A stretch of 64,000 bases of DNA. Origin: an uncultured beta proteobacterium (GTDB lineage Bacteria; Pseudomonadota; Gammaproteobacteria; Burkholderiales; SG8-39). Position 1 is the stretch's first letter, and every line of letters starts with the position of its first letter. Below, one piece after another: positions 19,778-29,742 of the stretch. The stretch lies in NCBI GenBank assembly GCA_963844255.1, contig CAWJNP010000025.1, positions 7,064-71,063 on the forward strand, given 5' to 3'. The notes beneath the pieces were generated by a model. It saw only the letters and a program-made list of their open reading frames with translations, searched no databases and was not told the DNA's origin. Both the position numbers and the translations under genes were made by a program.

Positions 19778-20392
19778 ATGACCCGCAGCACGCGTGGCTA
19801 CGCCGAGGAAGCTGCCGAACTCCTCCATCGCTACGAAACCATCACATTCGCCGACCGGCACGGGCCCGTCATGCACCTGCTCCCGGCCGCGCCCTGTACC
19901 GTGCTCGAACTCGGCGCGGGCACGGGATCTGACGCGGCCTACCTCGCCGCGCTGGGTCACCGGGTTCTGGCCGTCGAACCGGTCGCGGCATTGCGCATCC
20001 CCGCGATGGTGCTCCACCCCTCGCCAAACATCGAATGGCTGGACGACAGCCTGCCACTGCTCGACGCGACGCTGGGCCGCGGACAGCGATTTTCGCTGGT
20101 CATGCTCACTGCGGTCTGGATGCATCTCGAGAAAAACGAACGCGAAGCCGCGATGCCCCGGCTGGCCGCGCTGGTCACCGACAACGGGCGGCTGATGCTT
20201 TCGCTGCGCCACGGCCCGGTGCCGTCCGGCCGGCAGATGTTCGAGGTCTCGGCCGACGAAACCATGCGGCTGGCCGCGCAGAACGGACTGCGGACGCTTT
20301 TCTGCGCCGAAGCCGAATCCGCGCAGGAGGAGAACCGACGCGCCGGCATTACCTGGTCGCACCTCGTGTTCGAGCGAACCGCATTCGAGTGA
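19778..20392 (+). CDS. Class I SAM-dependent methyltransferase
   Basis: LELGAGTGSDA, AVEP, AVWMHL, SLRHGP. Confidence 0.87.
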   Translation: MTRSTRGYAEEAAELLHRYETITFADRHGPVMHLLPAAPCTVLELGAGTGSDAAYLAALGHRVLAVEPVAALRIPAMVLHPSPNIEWLDDSLPLLDATLGRGQRFSLVMLTAVWMHLEKNEREAAMPRLAALVTDNGRLMLSLRHGPVPSGRQMFEVSADETMRLAAQNGLRTLFCAEAESAQEENRRAGITWSHLVFERTAFE

Positions 20393-20434
20393 ACCTCCGG
20401 CCGCTGGCGCCCGGGCACACCGTACAATCCGGCC

Positions 20435-21502
20435 ATGAGCGCATTCTGGAGTGAAGGCATAGACAGCCTCGAGCCCTACCGCCCCGGCGAACAGCCGGCC
20501 GACGGCCGGTTCATCAAACTCAATACCAACGAGAATCCCTACCCGCCCTCGCCTGCAGTGATCGCGGCCCTGCAGGCAGCGGTCAATGCGGATCTGCGCC
20601 TCTACCCCGATCCGGGAGGCACCGCACTCAAGCAACGGATCGCGGCAATCCACGGCCTTGCGCCGCGAAACGTGTTTCTCGGCAACGGTTCGGACGAAGT
20701 TCTCGCGCATGCGTTCCGCGCGCTGCTCAGGCACACCGAGCCGATCCTCACGCCCGATATCAGCTACAGCTTCTACCCGGTGTACTGCGCGCTCTTCGGC
20801 ATCGCACAGACATCCATACCGCTGGACGAGGATTTCCAGGTACGGATCTCCGACTATGCGCAGCCCAACGGCGGCATCGTGCTGCCCAACCCGAACGCGC
20901 CGACCGGTCGCGCCCTGGATATCGGAAAAATCAGAGCGCTGCTGCTCCAGAATGCGAATTCGGTCGTGCTGATCGATGAAGCCTATGTCGACTTCGGTGC
21001 GGAGAGCTGCGTTCCGCTGGTCGCCGAGTTCCCGAACCTGCTGGTCGTTCAGACGCTCTCGAAATCGCGTGCGCTCGCGGGGCTGCGGGTCGGTTTTGCG
21101 CTGGGCCATGCCGACCTGATCGAGGGGCTCGAACGGGTCAAGGGCAGTTTCAATTCCTATCCCCTCGACCGGCTGGCACTTGCAGGAGCCGAGGCCGCGT
21201 TCGACGATACGGGGTATTTCGAAGCGATGCGCCGCAAGATTCTGCTGAGCCGCGCCTGGCTGACCGAAGCGCTCAAGACCATGGATTTCGATGTCCTGCC
21301 CTCCAGCGCGAACTTTGTCCTTGCGCGACACGCCAGACTGGCCGGCGGCGAACTGCAGCGCCGGCTGCGGGAGCGGCACATCCTGGTACGGCATTTTGCC
21401 CAGCCGCGAATCTCGGATTTCGTGCGTATTTCGATCGGCACCCAGGAAGAGTGCGTGCTGCTCGCCGCCGCACTTGGCGACATCCTTGGCGTACCGGCAT
21501 GA
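20435..21502 (+). CDS. hisC: Histidinol-phosphate aminotransferase
   Basis: PY.PGEQP, KLNTNENPYPPSP, GNGSDEVL, NPNAPTG, DEAYVDF, TLSKSRALAGLRVG. Confidence 0.92.
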   Translation: MSAFWSEGIDSLEPYRPGEQPADGRFIKLNTNENPYPPSPAVIAALQAAVNADLRLYPDPGGTALKQRIAAIHGLAPRNVFLGNGSDEVLAHAFRALLRHTEPILTPDISYSFYPVYCALFGIAQTSIPLDEDFQVRISDYAQPNGGIVLPNPNAPTGRALDIGKIRALLLQNANSVVLIDEAYVDFGAESCVPLVAEFPNLLVVQTLSKSRALAGLRVGFALGHADLIEGLERVKGSFNSYPLDRLALAGAEAAFDDTGYFEAMRRKILLSRAWLTEALKTMDFDVLPSSANFVLARHARLAGGELQRRLRERHILVRHFAQPRISDFVRISIGTQEECVLLAAALGDILGVPA

Positions 21503-21540
21503 TTCCCGACCCCGCGTCCGCATCCTGAACAGTGGAGACC

Positions 21541-21924
21541 ATGTTCCATCCCTTTGCCGAATTGCTCGACCTGCGCATTGACGACTGCCGCCCTGGTGCA
21601 AGCACGCTCAGCCTGATCGTCACCAACGATCACCTGAATCCGAACCGGGTCGTGCATGGCGCGGTTGTCTATGCGATGGCCGATACCGGCATGGGCTCGG
21701 CCCTGCACCCCACGCTCGCGGCAGGCGAAATCTGCGCCACCATCGAAATCAAGATGAACTATTTCAAGCCCATCACCGCAGGCCGCCTGACCTGCACGAC
21801 CGAAATCGTGAATCGCGGCAAGACGATCGCAAACCTGGAGTCGCGCGTATACCTTGAAGACCTGCTGGTCGCGCAGGCGAACGGCAATTACGCGATCTTC
21901 ACGCCGCGCAAGGTACCGGACTGA
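21541..21924 (+). CDS. PaaI-family hotdog thioesterase
   Basis: HLNP..VVHGAV.YAMADTGMG, ATIEIK.NYF; GGAG before ATG 21541. Confidence 0.88.
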   Translation: MFHPFAELLDLRIDDCRPGASTLSLIVTNDHLNPNRVVHGAVVYAMADTGMGSALHPTLAAGEICATIEIKMNYFKPITAGRLTCTTEIVNRGKTIANLESRVYLEDLLVAQANGNYAIFTPRKVPD

Positions 21925-21988
21925 TTCCGCGCTGATGAAATTTGGAAACCTGCCCTGGCTGGACAACCGGACGACAAAGGAGGACTGA

Positions 21989-22342
21989 ATGCCCGCCTGG
22001 CTGATACCCGCACTCAAGGCCGTGCTGCCGCATGTGGGGACGATCATCTCTGCCGCGAAGCCCGTGTTTACCAGCAAGGCGCCGGAAGCTGCCGCCAGCC
22101 AGGCATCGCTGTTGCAACAGCAGATCACCGAACTTCAGGCCGCGGCTTCGGGAAACGACACCCACATACGCGCGCTCGCGGCGCAGATCGAGACCACCGT
22201 CGAAGCCCTCGAAAAGGTCGCGACGATTGCGGATGCGCGCCATCGGCGGCTCCAGCTTTACGCCATCTGCGCGGTGCTGCTGTCCTTCGCCGCACTTGGC
22301 ATCTCGATGCTGCTTTTTCTGTCTGCCCGTGGCACTGCTTGA
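21989..22342 (+). CDS. Hypothetical coiled-coil protein with C-terminal TM anchor
   Basis: AGGAGG RBS; heptad-like QQQITELQ..LAAQIE; hydrophobic C-terminus. Confidence 0.7.
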   Translation: MPAWLIPALKAVLPHVGTIISAAKPVFTSKAPEAAASQASLLQQQITELQAAASGNDTHIRALAAQIETTVEALEKVATIADARHRRLQLYAICAVLLSFAALGISMLLFLSARGTA

Positions 22343-22610
22343 ACGGCTGCGCTGGGCCGTGGCGCCGGTGCAGCAGCGCGGCCTTGCGCTGCTCTGGGGC
22401 GGTTTCACGCTGTTCGCCGCTTCAGGCGCGGTCTCGATGCTCGGCGTGATGCCGGCGGCAGTGAATTATCTTCTTTACGCCGGCATGCTTGCCGGCTGGT
22501 CGATCGCCGCGGCTGGCATGATCGGCTACGTACGCTTCCTGTACGGACAGGCCAGCGCTGAAATGCGCAAGGTGCATGCCGAGCGCATGCAGGACGAGAA
22601 GAAGCAATAG
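22329..22610 (+). CDS. Small hypothetical membrane protein (2 TM)
   Basis: GTG start overlaps the previous gene; two hydrophobic helices; fills the gap in the operon. Confidence 0.55.
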   Translation: MALLERLRWAVAPVQQRGLALLWGGFTLFAASGAVSMLGVMPAAVNYLLYAGMLAGWSIAAAGMIGYVRFLYGQASAEMRKVHAERMQDEKKQ

Positions 22611-22630
22611 AGCAGTCACGGGGAAACGCA

Positions 22631-23497
22631 TTGGCGCTGGTCATCGCAGTACTCAGTTCGTTCTGTTTCGCCATTGGACTGGTGACGGCGCGCGTCGGCC
22701 TGCGCGTGCTCGATACGCGCTCCGGCGCCGCGATCAGCATCCCGACGGCGACCCTGGTGTTCGTGCTGGCCGCGCCGTTTGCGCTCGACACGCGCGGCTT
22801 CGACCTGAATGCCGTGCTGCTGTTCGCCGCGGTGGGCCTGTTCTTTCCGGTCAGCGTCACGCTGCTGACCTTCCGCTCCACCGAACTGCTCGGCCCGACC
22901 GTCACCAGCGCCGTCTCCGGCACCGCGCCGCTGTTTGCGCTCCTCACGGCGAGCCTGTTCCTCGGCGAGAAGGTGCCCGCCGAGGCCTCTGTCTCGGCCG
23001 TGGGAGTGGTCGCGGGCGTGGCCCTGCTTTCATGGAGGAAGGGCGCAGTCCATTCCGGTTTCATCGGCTGGGCCCTGCTCTGGCCGCTGGCGGGGGCGAT
23101 CGTTCGGGCGTTTGCGCAGACCGGCGCCAAGGCGGGCCTCCTGCTCTGGTCGAACGCGTTCGCCGCCGGGCTGATCGGGTATCTGGTGTCCTGCTCCGTC
23201 GTGCTGGCCTCCGACCGGATGCGCGGCGCGCGGCGTCCGAAGCCCACGCATCGGGGCCTGGCCTGGTTCGCCGGGACCGGCGTGCTCAACGGCGGTGGGG
23301 TGCTGCTCATGTACTACGCGCTCAGCATGGCGCCGGTGTGGGTGGTCGCGCCGATCATCGCCTCCTACCCGCTGATCACGGCGATCCTCGGGACTGCGCT
23401 GCTGCACGACGAAAAACTCTCGCTGACGATGGCACTCGGGGCCTGCACGACCATCGCCGCAATCGTCTACCTTCTCGTCTCTGCACATCCGGCCTGA
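22631..23497 (+). CDS. DMT/EamA-family transporter
   Basis: About 10 TM helices in two EamA repeats (LFLGEK; LLHDEKL). Confidence 0.85.
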   Translation: MALVIAVLSSFCFAIGLVTARVGLRVLDTRSGAAISIPTATLVFVLAAPFALDTRGFDLNAVLLFAAVGLFFPVSVTLLTFRSTELLGPTVTSAVSGTAPLFALLTASLFLGEKVPAEASVSAVGVVAGVALLSWRKGAVHSGFIGWALLWPLAGAIVRAFAQTGAKAGLLLWSNAFAAGLIGYLVSCSVVLASDRMRGARRPKPTHRGLAWFAGTGVLNGGGVLLMYYALSMAPVWVVAPIIASYPLITAILGTALLHDEKLSLTMALGACTTIAAIVYLLVSAHPA

Positions 23498-23503
23498 ATC
23501 GCC

Positions 23504-23854
23504 ATGGACCACCGTTGCCCCGTCTGCGGGAAGGACATCGACAGGAAGAAGTTCAGCCGCGCGATCGTCTCGACGATGGCGATCGACTGCCCGCACTGCC
23601 TGCGCAAGATCCACCTCAACATCCACCGTGCGGAGGCCGTCCTGGTGCTGGGAAATTTCATTTTTATCGTCGGCTTTGCGACCTTTGCGTGGTGGCTGCA
23701 AAGTCGCGGCCTGGTGCTGGCCATGTTCGGTGCGATCATGGCCGGCGCGCTCCTGCTGCCGCTTCTTGAGCGGGCCTGGCTGCGCGACTGGCCGCGCTAT
23801 GCCTTGCCCGCGGACGCCGCGGCGGAAGAACGTTCGAAGGATGGGAAAGTTTGA
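23504..23854 (+). CDS. Zn-ribbon membrane protein
   Basis: CPVCG...CPHC followed by two TM helices. Confidence 0.7.
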   Translation: MDHRCPVCGKDIDRKKFSRAIVSTMAIDCPHCLRKIHLNIHRAEAVLVLGNFIFIVGFATFAWWLQSRGLVLAMFGAIMAGALLLPLLERAWLRDWPRYALPADAAAEERSKDGKV

Positions 23855-23955
23855 GTTTTGTTACAAGACACCGTTGCCTGGTGCGGCGCTCAGGACAATC
23901 CTGTTGTGCAATCGCACAACAATTTCAGAACTTCCACAGGGAAGGAGAACGATAG

Positions 23956-26037
23956 ATGATCGATGCCGTACAGCCGGATGCGCCCGCGCGCGGTGCCCGC
24001 GAACCCGTGGGCGCCAAGCTGTTTTCGTTTGCGGTCGTCGCCGACACACATGTCAACGAGCACGAGGAACGCTCCGCCTCGCCGTTCGAAACCAACGCGC
24101 GCGCCAACGGCCGTGCCCGCCATGCGCTGGCCGAGATCGGTGCGCTCGATCCCGCGCCGGCATTCGTCGTCCACCTGGGCGACATCGTCCACCCGATGCC
24201 GGGCCTGCCCGTGTTCGGCGAGGCGGCGCGCCGCTTCAAGGAGATCGCCGCCGCGATCAAGGTGCCGCTGCATCTTGTGCCGGGCAACCACGACGTGGGC
24301 GACAAAGCCCTCGACTGGATGCCGGCCGACATCGTCACCTCCGGCTATGTTGCCAGTTACCGCGAGACCTTCGGCCGCGATTACTACGCGTTCGACTGCG
24401 ACGTGCTGCGCGGCATCGTGATCGACGCGCAGCTCATGAACTCCGGTCTGCCGGAAGAGACTGAGCAGCGCGCATGGCTGGAGGCCGAATTTTCCGCCAG
24501 CGCCGGCCGACGGGTGTTCGTCTTCCTCCACTACCCCCCCTTCGTGCTCACGGCCGACGAGCGCAGCACCTACGACAACATCGACCAGCCCGCGCGCGCC
24601 TGGCTGCTCGGCCTTTTCGAACGGCACGGAGTCGAGGCGATGTTCGCCGGCCACGTACACAACTTCTGGTACGACGTCCACGCCGGGATCGAGATGTACC
24701 TGCTGCCATCGACCGCGTTCCTCAGACACGATTACAGCGAGTTCTACCGCGTCGACCCGGGCTGCGAGTTCGGGCGCGGCGACACGGGAAAGTTCGGCTA
24801 CTGCGTGGTTGACGTGCACGAGCAGGGCCACGTGATGCGCCTGGTACGCACCGATGGACGTACCCTGCCGCCCGGGCAGGCCTACGCGCCGCGCCGCGTG
24901 CCTCCGCCCGCGAGCGTGAAGAACGCTCCTTTCACCGGCGTCGGCGTCGAACTGCGCCATCCCTGGGCGGAGGTCCTCGACATTCCCTCCACCGGCGGGG
25001 TGCAGGAGTTCGGCCGCAAGCCGGCGCGCAACGACTATCCGGTCATGGCGCTATGGGAAATGGGCGCACGCCTCGTCAAGGTCCCGGACAGCGACCTCAC
25101 CCAGGCGCCGGTATGCACGCGCATGCGGCTCATGCATGCAGCGGGCCACCGCTTCATCGTCACCACCCTGGGCGTGCCGCGAGAGGGCGTATCCGTGGCG
25201 CTCGAAGAGGCGCCGGGTCTCGTGGAAGCACTGGAAGTCAACCTGAGCGGGGCAGCGCTCGCGCGCAACGCCGCGCGCCTGGCCGCGTTCCGGGAGAAAT
25301 TCAGCATCCCGCTCTACTGGGCCAAGCTGCGGATGCACGAGGACGCGCGCTACGACGGCCAGCACGTCAGCCATTTCATCAAGACGGGACTGATGCCGCA
25401 GGAACTGGACGGCCTTGAGGTGGTAATGCAGAGCGCGGGGGTGCGAGGGCTGTTCGATGGCGTGGTCGTGCGCCTGGATCGCGATGCCGACCTGCTTGCC
25501 ACCGCGTGCCGGCTGGCGGCGTATGCCGCGCAAACGGGCCTGGCCTTGCTCGGCGCGATCAAGCTGACCGATTCGAACATTGCGAAGAGTCGCGATGACG
25601 ACACCGACACCGCGCGGCTGGTCGCCGAAGCCGTGCTCGCCGCGCGTCTCTCGCCGCGGGTACGCTACGTTTTCGATACTTTCATGGACATCGATCGCGG
25701 CTACTTCCCGCGACACGGGTTCATCGACCGGATGTTCAATCCGCGCCCCGCGCTGCGCGCCTACGCCGCTTTCTCGCACCTGCTCGGCAGCGGGGCCGTC
25801 GACGTCGGGTCCACCGAAACATACGGCCCCGCGCGCCGCACGGGTTTCGGCGTTGGCGAAGAGCGCCACGTCCTCGTGTCGGGTGCGGATCGCGCGACGG
25901 CCGCCGCCCTTGCGGGGCAAGCCCGCGCAAAGGGGCTGCTGGACCTGTGCGCCGGCGAGTACCTCGACCCCGCAGACAAACACGACGCGGCGAAACCGGG
26001 ACTCTGGGTCCTGACGAACGTCGCTACTTCTCCATGA
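23956..26037 (+). CDS. Calcineurin-like metallophosphoesterase with a large unassigned C-terminal domain
   Basis: D-T-H, GDIV, GNHD, H-YPP and GHVH metal motifs within the first ~250 aa. Confidence 0.8.
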   Translation: MIDAVQPDAPARGAREPVGAKLFSFAVVADTHVNEHEERSASPFETNARANGRARHALAEIGALDPAPAFVVHLGDIVHPMPGLPVFGEAARRFKEIAAAIKVPLHLVPGNHDVGDKALDWMPADIVTSGYVASYRETFGRDYYAFDCDVLRGIVIDAQLMNSGLPEETEQRAWLEAEFSASAGRRVFVFLHYPPFVLTADERSTYDNIDQPARAWLLGLFERHGVEAMFAGHVHNFWYDVHAGIEMYLLPSTAFLRHDYSEFYRVDPGCEFGRGDTGKFGYCVVDVHEQGHVMRLVRTDGRTLPPGQAYAPRRVPPPASVKNAPFTGVGVELRHPWAEVLDIPSTGGVQEFGRKPARNDYPVMALWEMGARLVKVPDSDLTQAPVCTRMRLMHAAGHRFIVTTLGVPREGVSVALEEAPGLVEALEVNLSGAALARNAARLAAFREKFSIPLYWAKLRMHEDARYDGQHVSHFIKTGLMPQELDGLEVVMQSAGVRGLFDGVVVRLDRDADLLATACRLAAYAAQTGLALLGAIKLTDSNIAKSRDDDTDTARLVAEAVLAARLSPRVRYVFDTFMDIDRGYFPRHGFIDRMFNPRPALRAYAAFSHLLGSGAVDVGSTETYGPARRTGFGVGEERHVLVSGADRATAAALAGQARAKGLLDLCAGEYLDPADKHDAAKPGLWVLTNVATSP

Positions 26038-26843
26038 GCCCGGATCCCCTGCGCGCAATCACGGCCGAAGAGTGCGTCACCTATGCGCGCGACGGCGTAG
26101 TCTGCCTCACCGGCGTGTTTTCGCGCGAATGGCTTGCGTTCCTAACAGAAGCCACCGAAGAGGCGATGGCGCATCCAGGCCCGCACGCCGAGGAGTACGA
26201 GGCGGCGGACGGCGGCGGGCGGTTCTACGGTGAGGTAGAGACCGCCGAACGCCTCGCGTCGTTCCGACGCTTTGCGCTCGAATCGCCGGCCGCGCAGATC
26301 GCGGGGCAGGTGATGGGCGCGACACGTGTGAACTTTTTCTACGACCAGCTGCTCGTCAAGGAACCCGGCACTTCGGCGCGCACCCCCTGGCACCAGGACC
26401 AGCCCTACTGGGCGGTGAGCGGGCGTCAGGTCTGCTCGCTGTGGCTGCCGCTCGATCCGGTACCGCGCGAGGTGGCGGTCGAATACGTTTGCGGCAGCCA
26501 TGCATGGCCGGAGTTCAGTCCCTATCACTTTGCCAACGGCAGTCCCTATGCCGGTACGGGCCTGCCGCCGCTCCCCGACATCGAGAGGACGCGCGACCGA
26601 CACAGGATCGTCGCCTTCGACATGCAGCCCGGCGACTGCATGGTGTTCCAGGCGATGGTCGTGCACGGGGCCCCGGGCAATGCGGGCACCGGACGTCGGC
26701 GCGCCCTGTCCACGCGCTGGACCGGGGACGATGCGCGTTACTGCGTGCGCAAAGGCGAGGTCGCGATTCCCACCGCGGATCCCGGCCTCGCGCACGGCGC
26801 ACGCATGGACTGCGCCCGCTTTCCGCTCGTTTGGCAGGCCTGA
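26034..26843 (+). CDS. PhyH-family Fe(II)/2-oxoglutarate dioxygenase
   Basis: KEPG..TPWHQD.PYW, W.PLD, GD..F...VHGA, RRA.S.RW; ATGA overlap with the previous gene. Confidence 0.9.
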   Translation: MSPDPLRAITAEECVTYARDGVVCLTGVFSREWLAFLTEATEEAMAHPGPHAEEYEAADGGGRFYGEVETAERLASFRRFALESPAAQIAGQVMGATRVNFFYDQLLVKEPGTSARTPWHQDQPYWAVSGRQVCSLWLPLDPVPREVAVEYVCGSHAWPEFSPYHFANGSPYAGTGLPPLPDIERTRDRHRIVAFDMQPGDCMVFQAMVVHGAPGNAGTGRRRALSTRWTGDDARYCVRKGEVAIPTADPGLAHGARMDCARFPLVWQA

Positions 26844-26890
26844 GCCCTTACGTCTATACAATCGAGCTTCGGCCTTTGAGGAAAAACACC

Positions 26891-27289
26891 ATGGCGCAGA
26901 CAGGCGATACCCATTCGAAGGTGGTCGGCTACATCCTCTGGCTGGTCGGTTTCACCGGCGCGCATCGCTTCTATTTCGGCAAGCCGGTGACCGGAACGAT
27001 CTGGTTCTTTACCCTGGGTCTGCTGGGCATCGGCTGGTTGATCGATCTGTTTCTGATTCCGTCGATGGACCGGCAGGCGGACCTTCGGTTTCGCGCGGGC
27101 GACATCGATTACTCGGTCGCCTGGATCCTGCTGACCTTCCTCGGCCTGCTCGGCATCCACCGGATGTACATGGGTAAATGGATCACCGGCATCCTGTATC
27201 TGCTCACGCTCGGCCTTCTGGGGTTCGGCTGGCTGTACGACTACTGGACGCTCAACGACCAGATCACCATCGCGAATTCCTCGAACTAG
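26891..27289 (+). CDS. Double TM2-domain membrane protein
   Basis: Two TM2 repeats: GFTGAHRFYFGK and LGIHRMYMGK. Confidence 0.88.
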   Translation: MAQTGDTHSKVVGYILWLVGFTGAHRFYFGKPVTGTIWFFTLGLLGIGWLIDLFLIPSMDRQADLRFRAGDIDYSVAWILLTFLGLLGIHRMYMGKWITGILYLLTLGLLGFGWLYDYWTLNDQITIANSSN

Positions 27290-27321
27290 CCCCCGCGCCC
27301 CGGCGCCCGGACGCAGGCGAT

Positions 27322-27349
27322 AAAAAACCCCGCCGCAGCGGGGTTTTTT
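27322..27349. terminator. Bidirectional intrinsic terminator
   Basis: AAAAAACCCCGC-cgca-GCGGGGTTTTTT between convergent genes. Confidence 0.9.
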
Positions 27350-27364
27350 GTTGCCATATAAAGC

Positions 27365-28333
27365 TCAGCAGCCGGCCACGCACTTCGCCTTGCCGTCGAA
27401 CTCCATGGTCTTGCCGGACAGCGGAATATGCACCGGCGCCTTGGTGCCCTTGATGAACGCGGCGGTCTTGGTGTTCGGCAGGAGCTTGCCCCCCTCGGTC
27501 GCCTTCTCATTCGCGTGCGAGACGATCACCGTCTTCGGCTTGACGAGGTTGTTCATCACATGTGAAGCCTCGGTCGGCCCGGTGGTGAAGACGTCGCCGA
27601 TGTTCATGACCGCGAGATTCGCCTTGTAGTAGCCATGCACCACGACGTCCTGCTCGGCGGTGATGCCGGTGTCACCCGACAGGTAGACCACAAGGCCGTT
27701 GGTAAAGCGCAACACGTAGCCCGTGGGCGGGCCGGCGTAGGCCGTGAGGCCGTTGTCGGCAAGTCCCTTGCCGAGGTCACCCTCGATGAAGCCCGGGGAG
27801 ATGCCGCTGCTGTGAACCGCCGGCACCGTGGTGATATTCACGCCGCCGACTTTTGCGTTGGCACCGAAGCGCACGAGCTGCACCTTGCTCGGATCGCCGC
27901 CCGCGGCCTTCATCTTGTGCGCGAAGAAGGAGCTGAATTCCGAACCGACCACGATCCTGGCCTTCTTGCCCACCGCGATGTTCACCGAGTTCGAGTTCGG
28001 CGTGGTCTTCACCGAGAAATCCGGCTTGCCGCACTCACCCGCGTTCGCCGAAGGCTGGATCAGGTCGCCGAGATGATCGCCATGCAGGTGGGTCACCAGC
28101 AGCGCGTCGATGTGACCGAGGCGAGGATCTTCGGGGCCACGCACCGTCCGACCGGCGTCGTACAGGATCCGCGTGCCGTCCGGGTCCTCGAAGATCATCG
28201 CGCGATCCAGCGGGCAGAACTCCCCGTCATGGCTGCCCAGCGGCGTGACTTTCACGTTGCCGCCTGCGGCCAGCGCCATGCCTGCCGTGCAGGCCAGCGC
28301 AAGCGCCGTCGAAATCAGTGTCGTCTTTCTCAT
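27365..28333 (-). CDS. Exported metallo-beta-lactamase-fold hydrolase
   Basis: Signal peptide; THLHGDHLGD, VPAVHS, YLSGDTG, SH motifs. Confidence 0.87.
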   Translation of the reverse strand: MRKTTLISTALALACTAGMALAAGGNVKVTPLGSHDGEFCPLDRAMIFEDPDGTRILYDAGRTVRGPEDPRLGHIDALLVTHLHGDHLGDLIQPSANAGECGKPDFSVKTTPNSNSVNIAVGKKARIVVGSEFSSFFAHKMKAAGGDPSKVQLVRFGANAKVGGVNITTVPAVHSSGISPGFIEGDLGKGLADNGLTAYAGPPTGYVLRFTNGLVVYLSGDTGITAEQDVVVHGYYKANLAVMNIGDVFTTGPTEASHVMNNLVKPKTVIVSHANEKATEGGKLLPNTKTAAFIKGTKAPVHIPLSGKTMEFDGKAKCVAGC

Positions 28334-28642
28334 GCCTCTCCCTCTGTATGTTTGGTTGCGCTCTCGCAGGTCTTGCGCCACCCGCAGCTCGCGGCCACCG
28401 GCGTGCGCTCGGCTCAGTGTCTCAGAAAAGTTTCCCTTACGCGATCTTCCGTATTGACTCCGCGGATTCAACCTGCCCCGTCAGCCAACCTTGCTGTGCT
28501 GCATCACAGCACAGCCGCTGCCATCACAGATCAATTCTGACATTCGCCTTGCATCAACCGGATCGCGAACGTGTTGTACGAAATTGAAAATTTCCAACTA
28601 GACTGCTCGCCAGATTCGCTGTGGAAAAAATGCATGGGCCGA

Positions 28643-29176
28643 ATGATACGCAGGTGCTTACGTGCTGCAACGGCAGCGCTCATTGCAGCGCCTCTCGCGG
28701 CACTGGCGCAACCCTCGATGAACCTGCGAAGCAATGGCCTGCAACTCTCCGTACGGACCCTGGGCTATGAGCAGGCAGCTTCTTTCTATCTTGCGCGAGG
28801 CGTGCCGGCGGCCCTGGTCGAGCGCTACGCGCGCTCCTGCGTGGTGAACGTTGCACTGCATAGCGATTCCTCCGCGAAGACAATCGCCACCCGGCTCGAA
28901 GACTGGCGCGTGGAACCGGAGCACGGTACGGCGCAGAAGATCCGCGGCCGCAGCGACTGGCTGCGCGAACTGGATCAAGCCGCAACGGGAACTGCCGCGC
29001 GAATGGCGTTTGAATGGGCTCAGCTCCCGGAGACTGCGGAATTGCATCCCGGTGATTCGATCCAGGGGATGTTATCCGTGCCCATCAATCGGAACAGCGC
29101 ATTCACCCTGTACGTACGCTGGGACTCAGGAGAAAAAGGCAATGAAGCACGGATCCAGAAAATTCGTTGCGACTGA
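28643..29176 (+). CDS. Hypothetical exported protein (first gene of the thiol/sulfur operon)
   Basis: Signal peptide ending ALAQ; two Cys in the mature part; overlaps the next gene; start uncertain. Confidence 0.6.
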   Translation: MIRRCLRAATAALIAAPLAALAQPSMNLRSNGLQLSVRTLGYEQAASFYLARGVPAALVERYARSCVVNVALHSDSSAKTIATRLEDWRVEPEHGTAQKIRGRSDWLRELDQAATGTAARMAFEWAQLPETAELHPGDSIQGMLSVPINRNSAFTLYVRWDSGEKGNEARIQKIRCD

Positions 29177-29702
29177 ACGTCGCGCCTTTTTGCTCGGCGC
29201 AATGGGGATCTCCCTGCTCGGCGCGCACAGGGCCCGCGCGGCACAGCCGGACGTATTTGCACGTGTTGGCACGCGCACACAAGCGCCCGACTTTTCGCTA
29301 GAGGACGCCGACCGCAAGTTGTGGCGCCTTTCAGCACTGCGAGACCGGGTGGTGGTGGTGAATTTCTGGGCGAGCTGGTGCCCACCCTGCAGAAAAGAGA
29401 TGGCATCGCTGGATAGCCTGTACCGCGCCGTCGCCCCGAAAGGCGCATTGGTGCTTGGGATCAATGCCGGTGAACCCTGGGAGGCGGTGGCCGCATTTTC
29501 CGCGGCGTTCGATCCTGCGCTCCGATTCCCGCTGCTGATCGACGAAAAAGGAAGCGTGATGCGCGACTGGCAAGTGAACGCGCTGCCATCGACTTACGTC
29601 ATCGATCGCAGCGGCCGGATTGTCCTGCGCGCCCTTGGCGGACGCGATTTCAGCCGCCCGGACGCAATAGAGGACATCACGAAACTTACGGCCGGCGGCT
29701 AG
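29142..29702 (+). CDS. TlpA-family thiol:disulfide oxidoreductase
   Basis: VNFWASWCPPCRKEM, APDFSL, LPSTYVID; Tat-like ERRAFLL leader. Confidence 0.9.
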   Translation: MKHGSRKFVATERRAFLLGAMGISLLGAHRARAAQPDVFARVGTRTQAPDFSLEDADRKLWRLSALRDRVVVVNFWASWCPPCRKEMASLDSLYRAVAPKGALVLGINAGEPWEAVAAFSAAFDPALRFPLLIDEKGSVMRDWQVNALPSTYVIDRSGRIVLRALGGRDFSRPDAIEDITKLTAGG

Positions 29703-29742
29703 AGCCCCGTTAAAACATTTTTCCACCGGAAAGGAGTCTGAA

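Noticed and set aside
19748-19780. The rhodanese TGA is in frame with the methyltransferase
   Set aside because: Both domains are complete, the downstream ATG has a GAGGT RBS, and the UGA is not in a redox motif
19166-21601. 811-aa minus-strand ORF and similar long antisense ORFs (e.g. 46616..48307, 48236..49873)
   Set aside because: Shadow ORFs opposite well-supported genes, expected at high GC3; Arg/Ala/Gly-rich with no motifs
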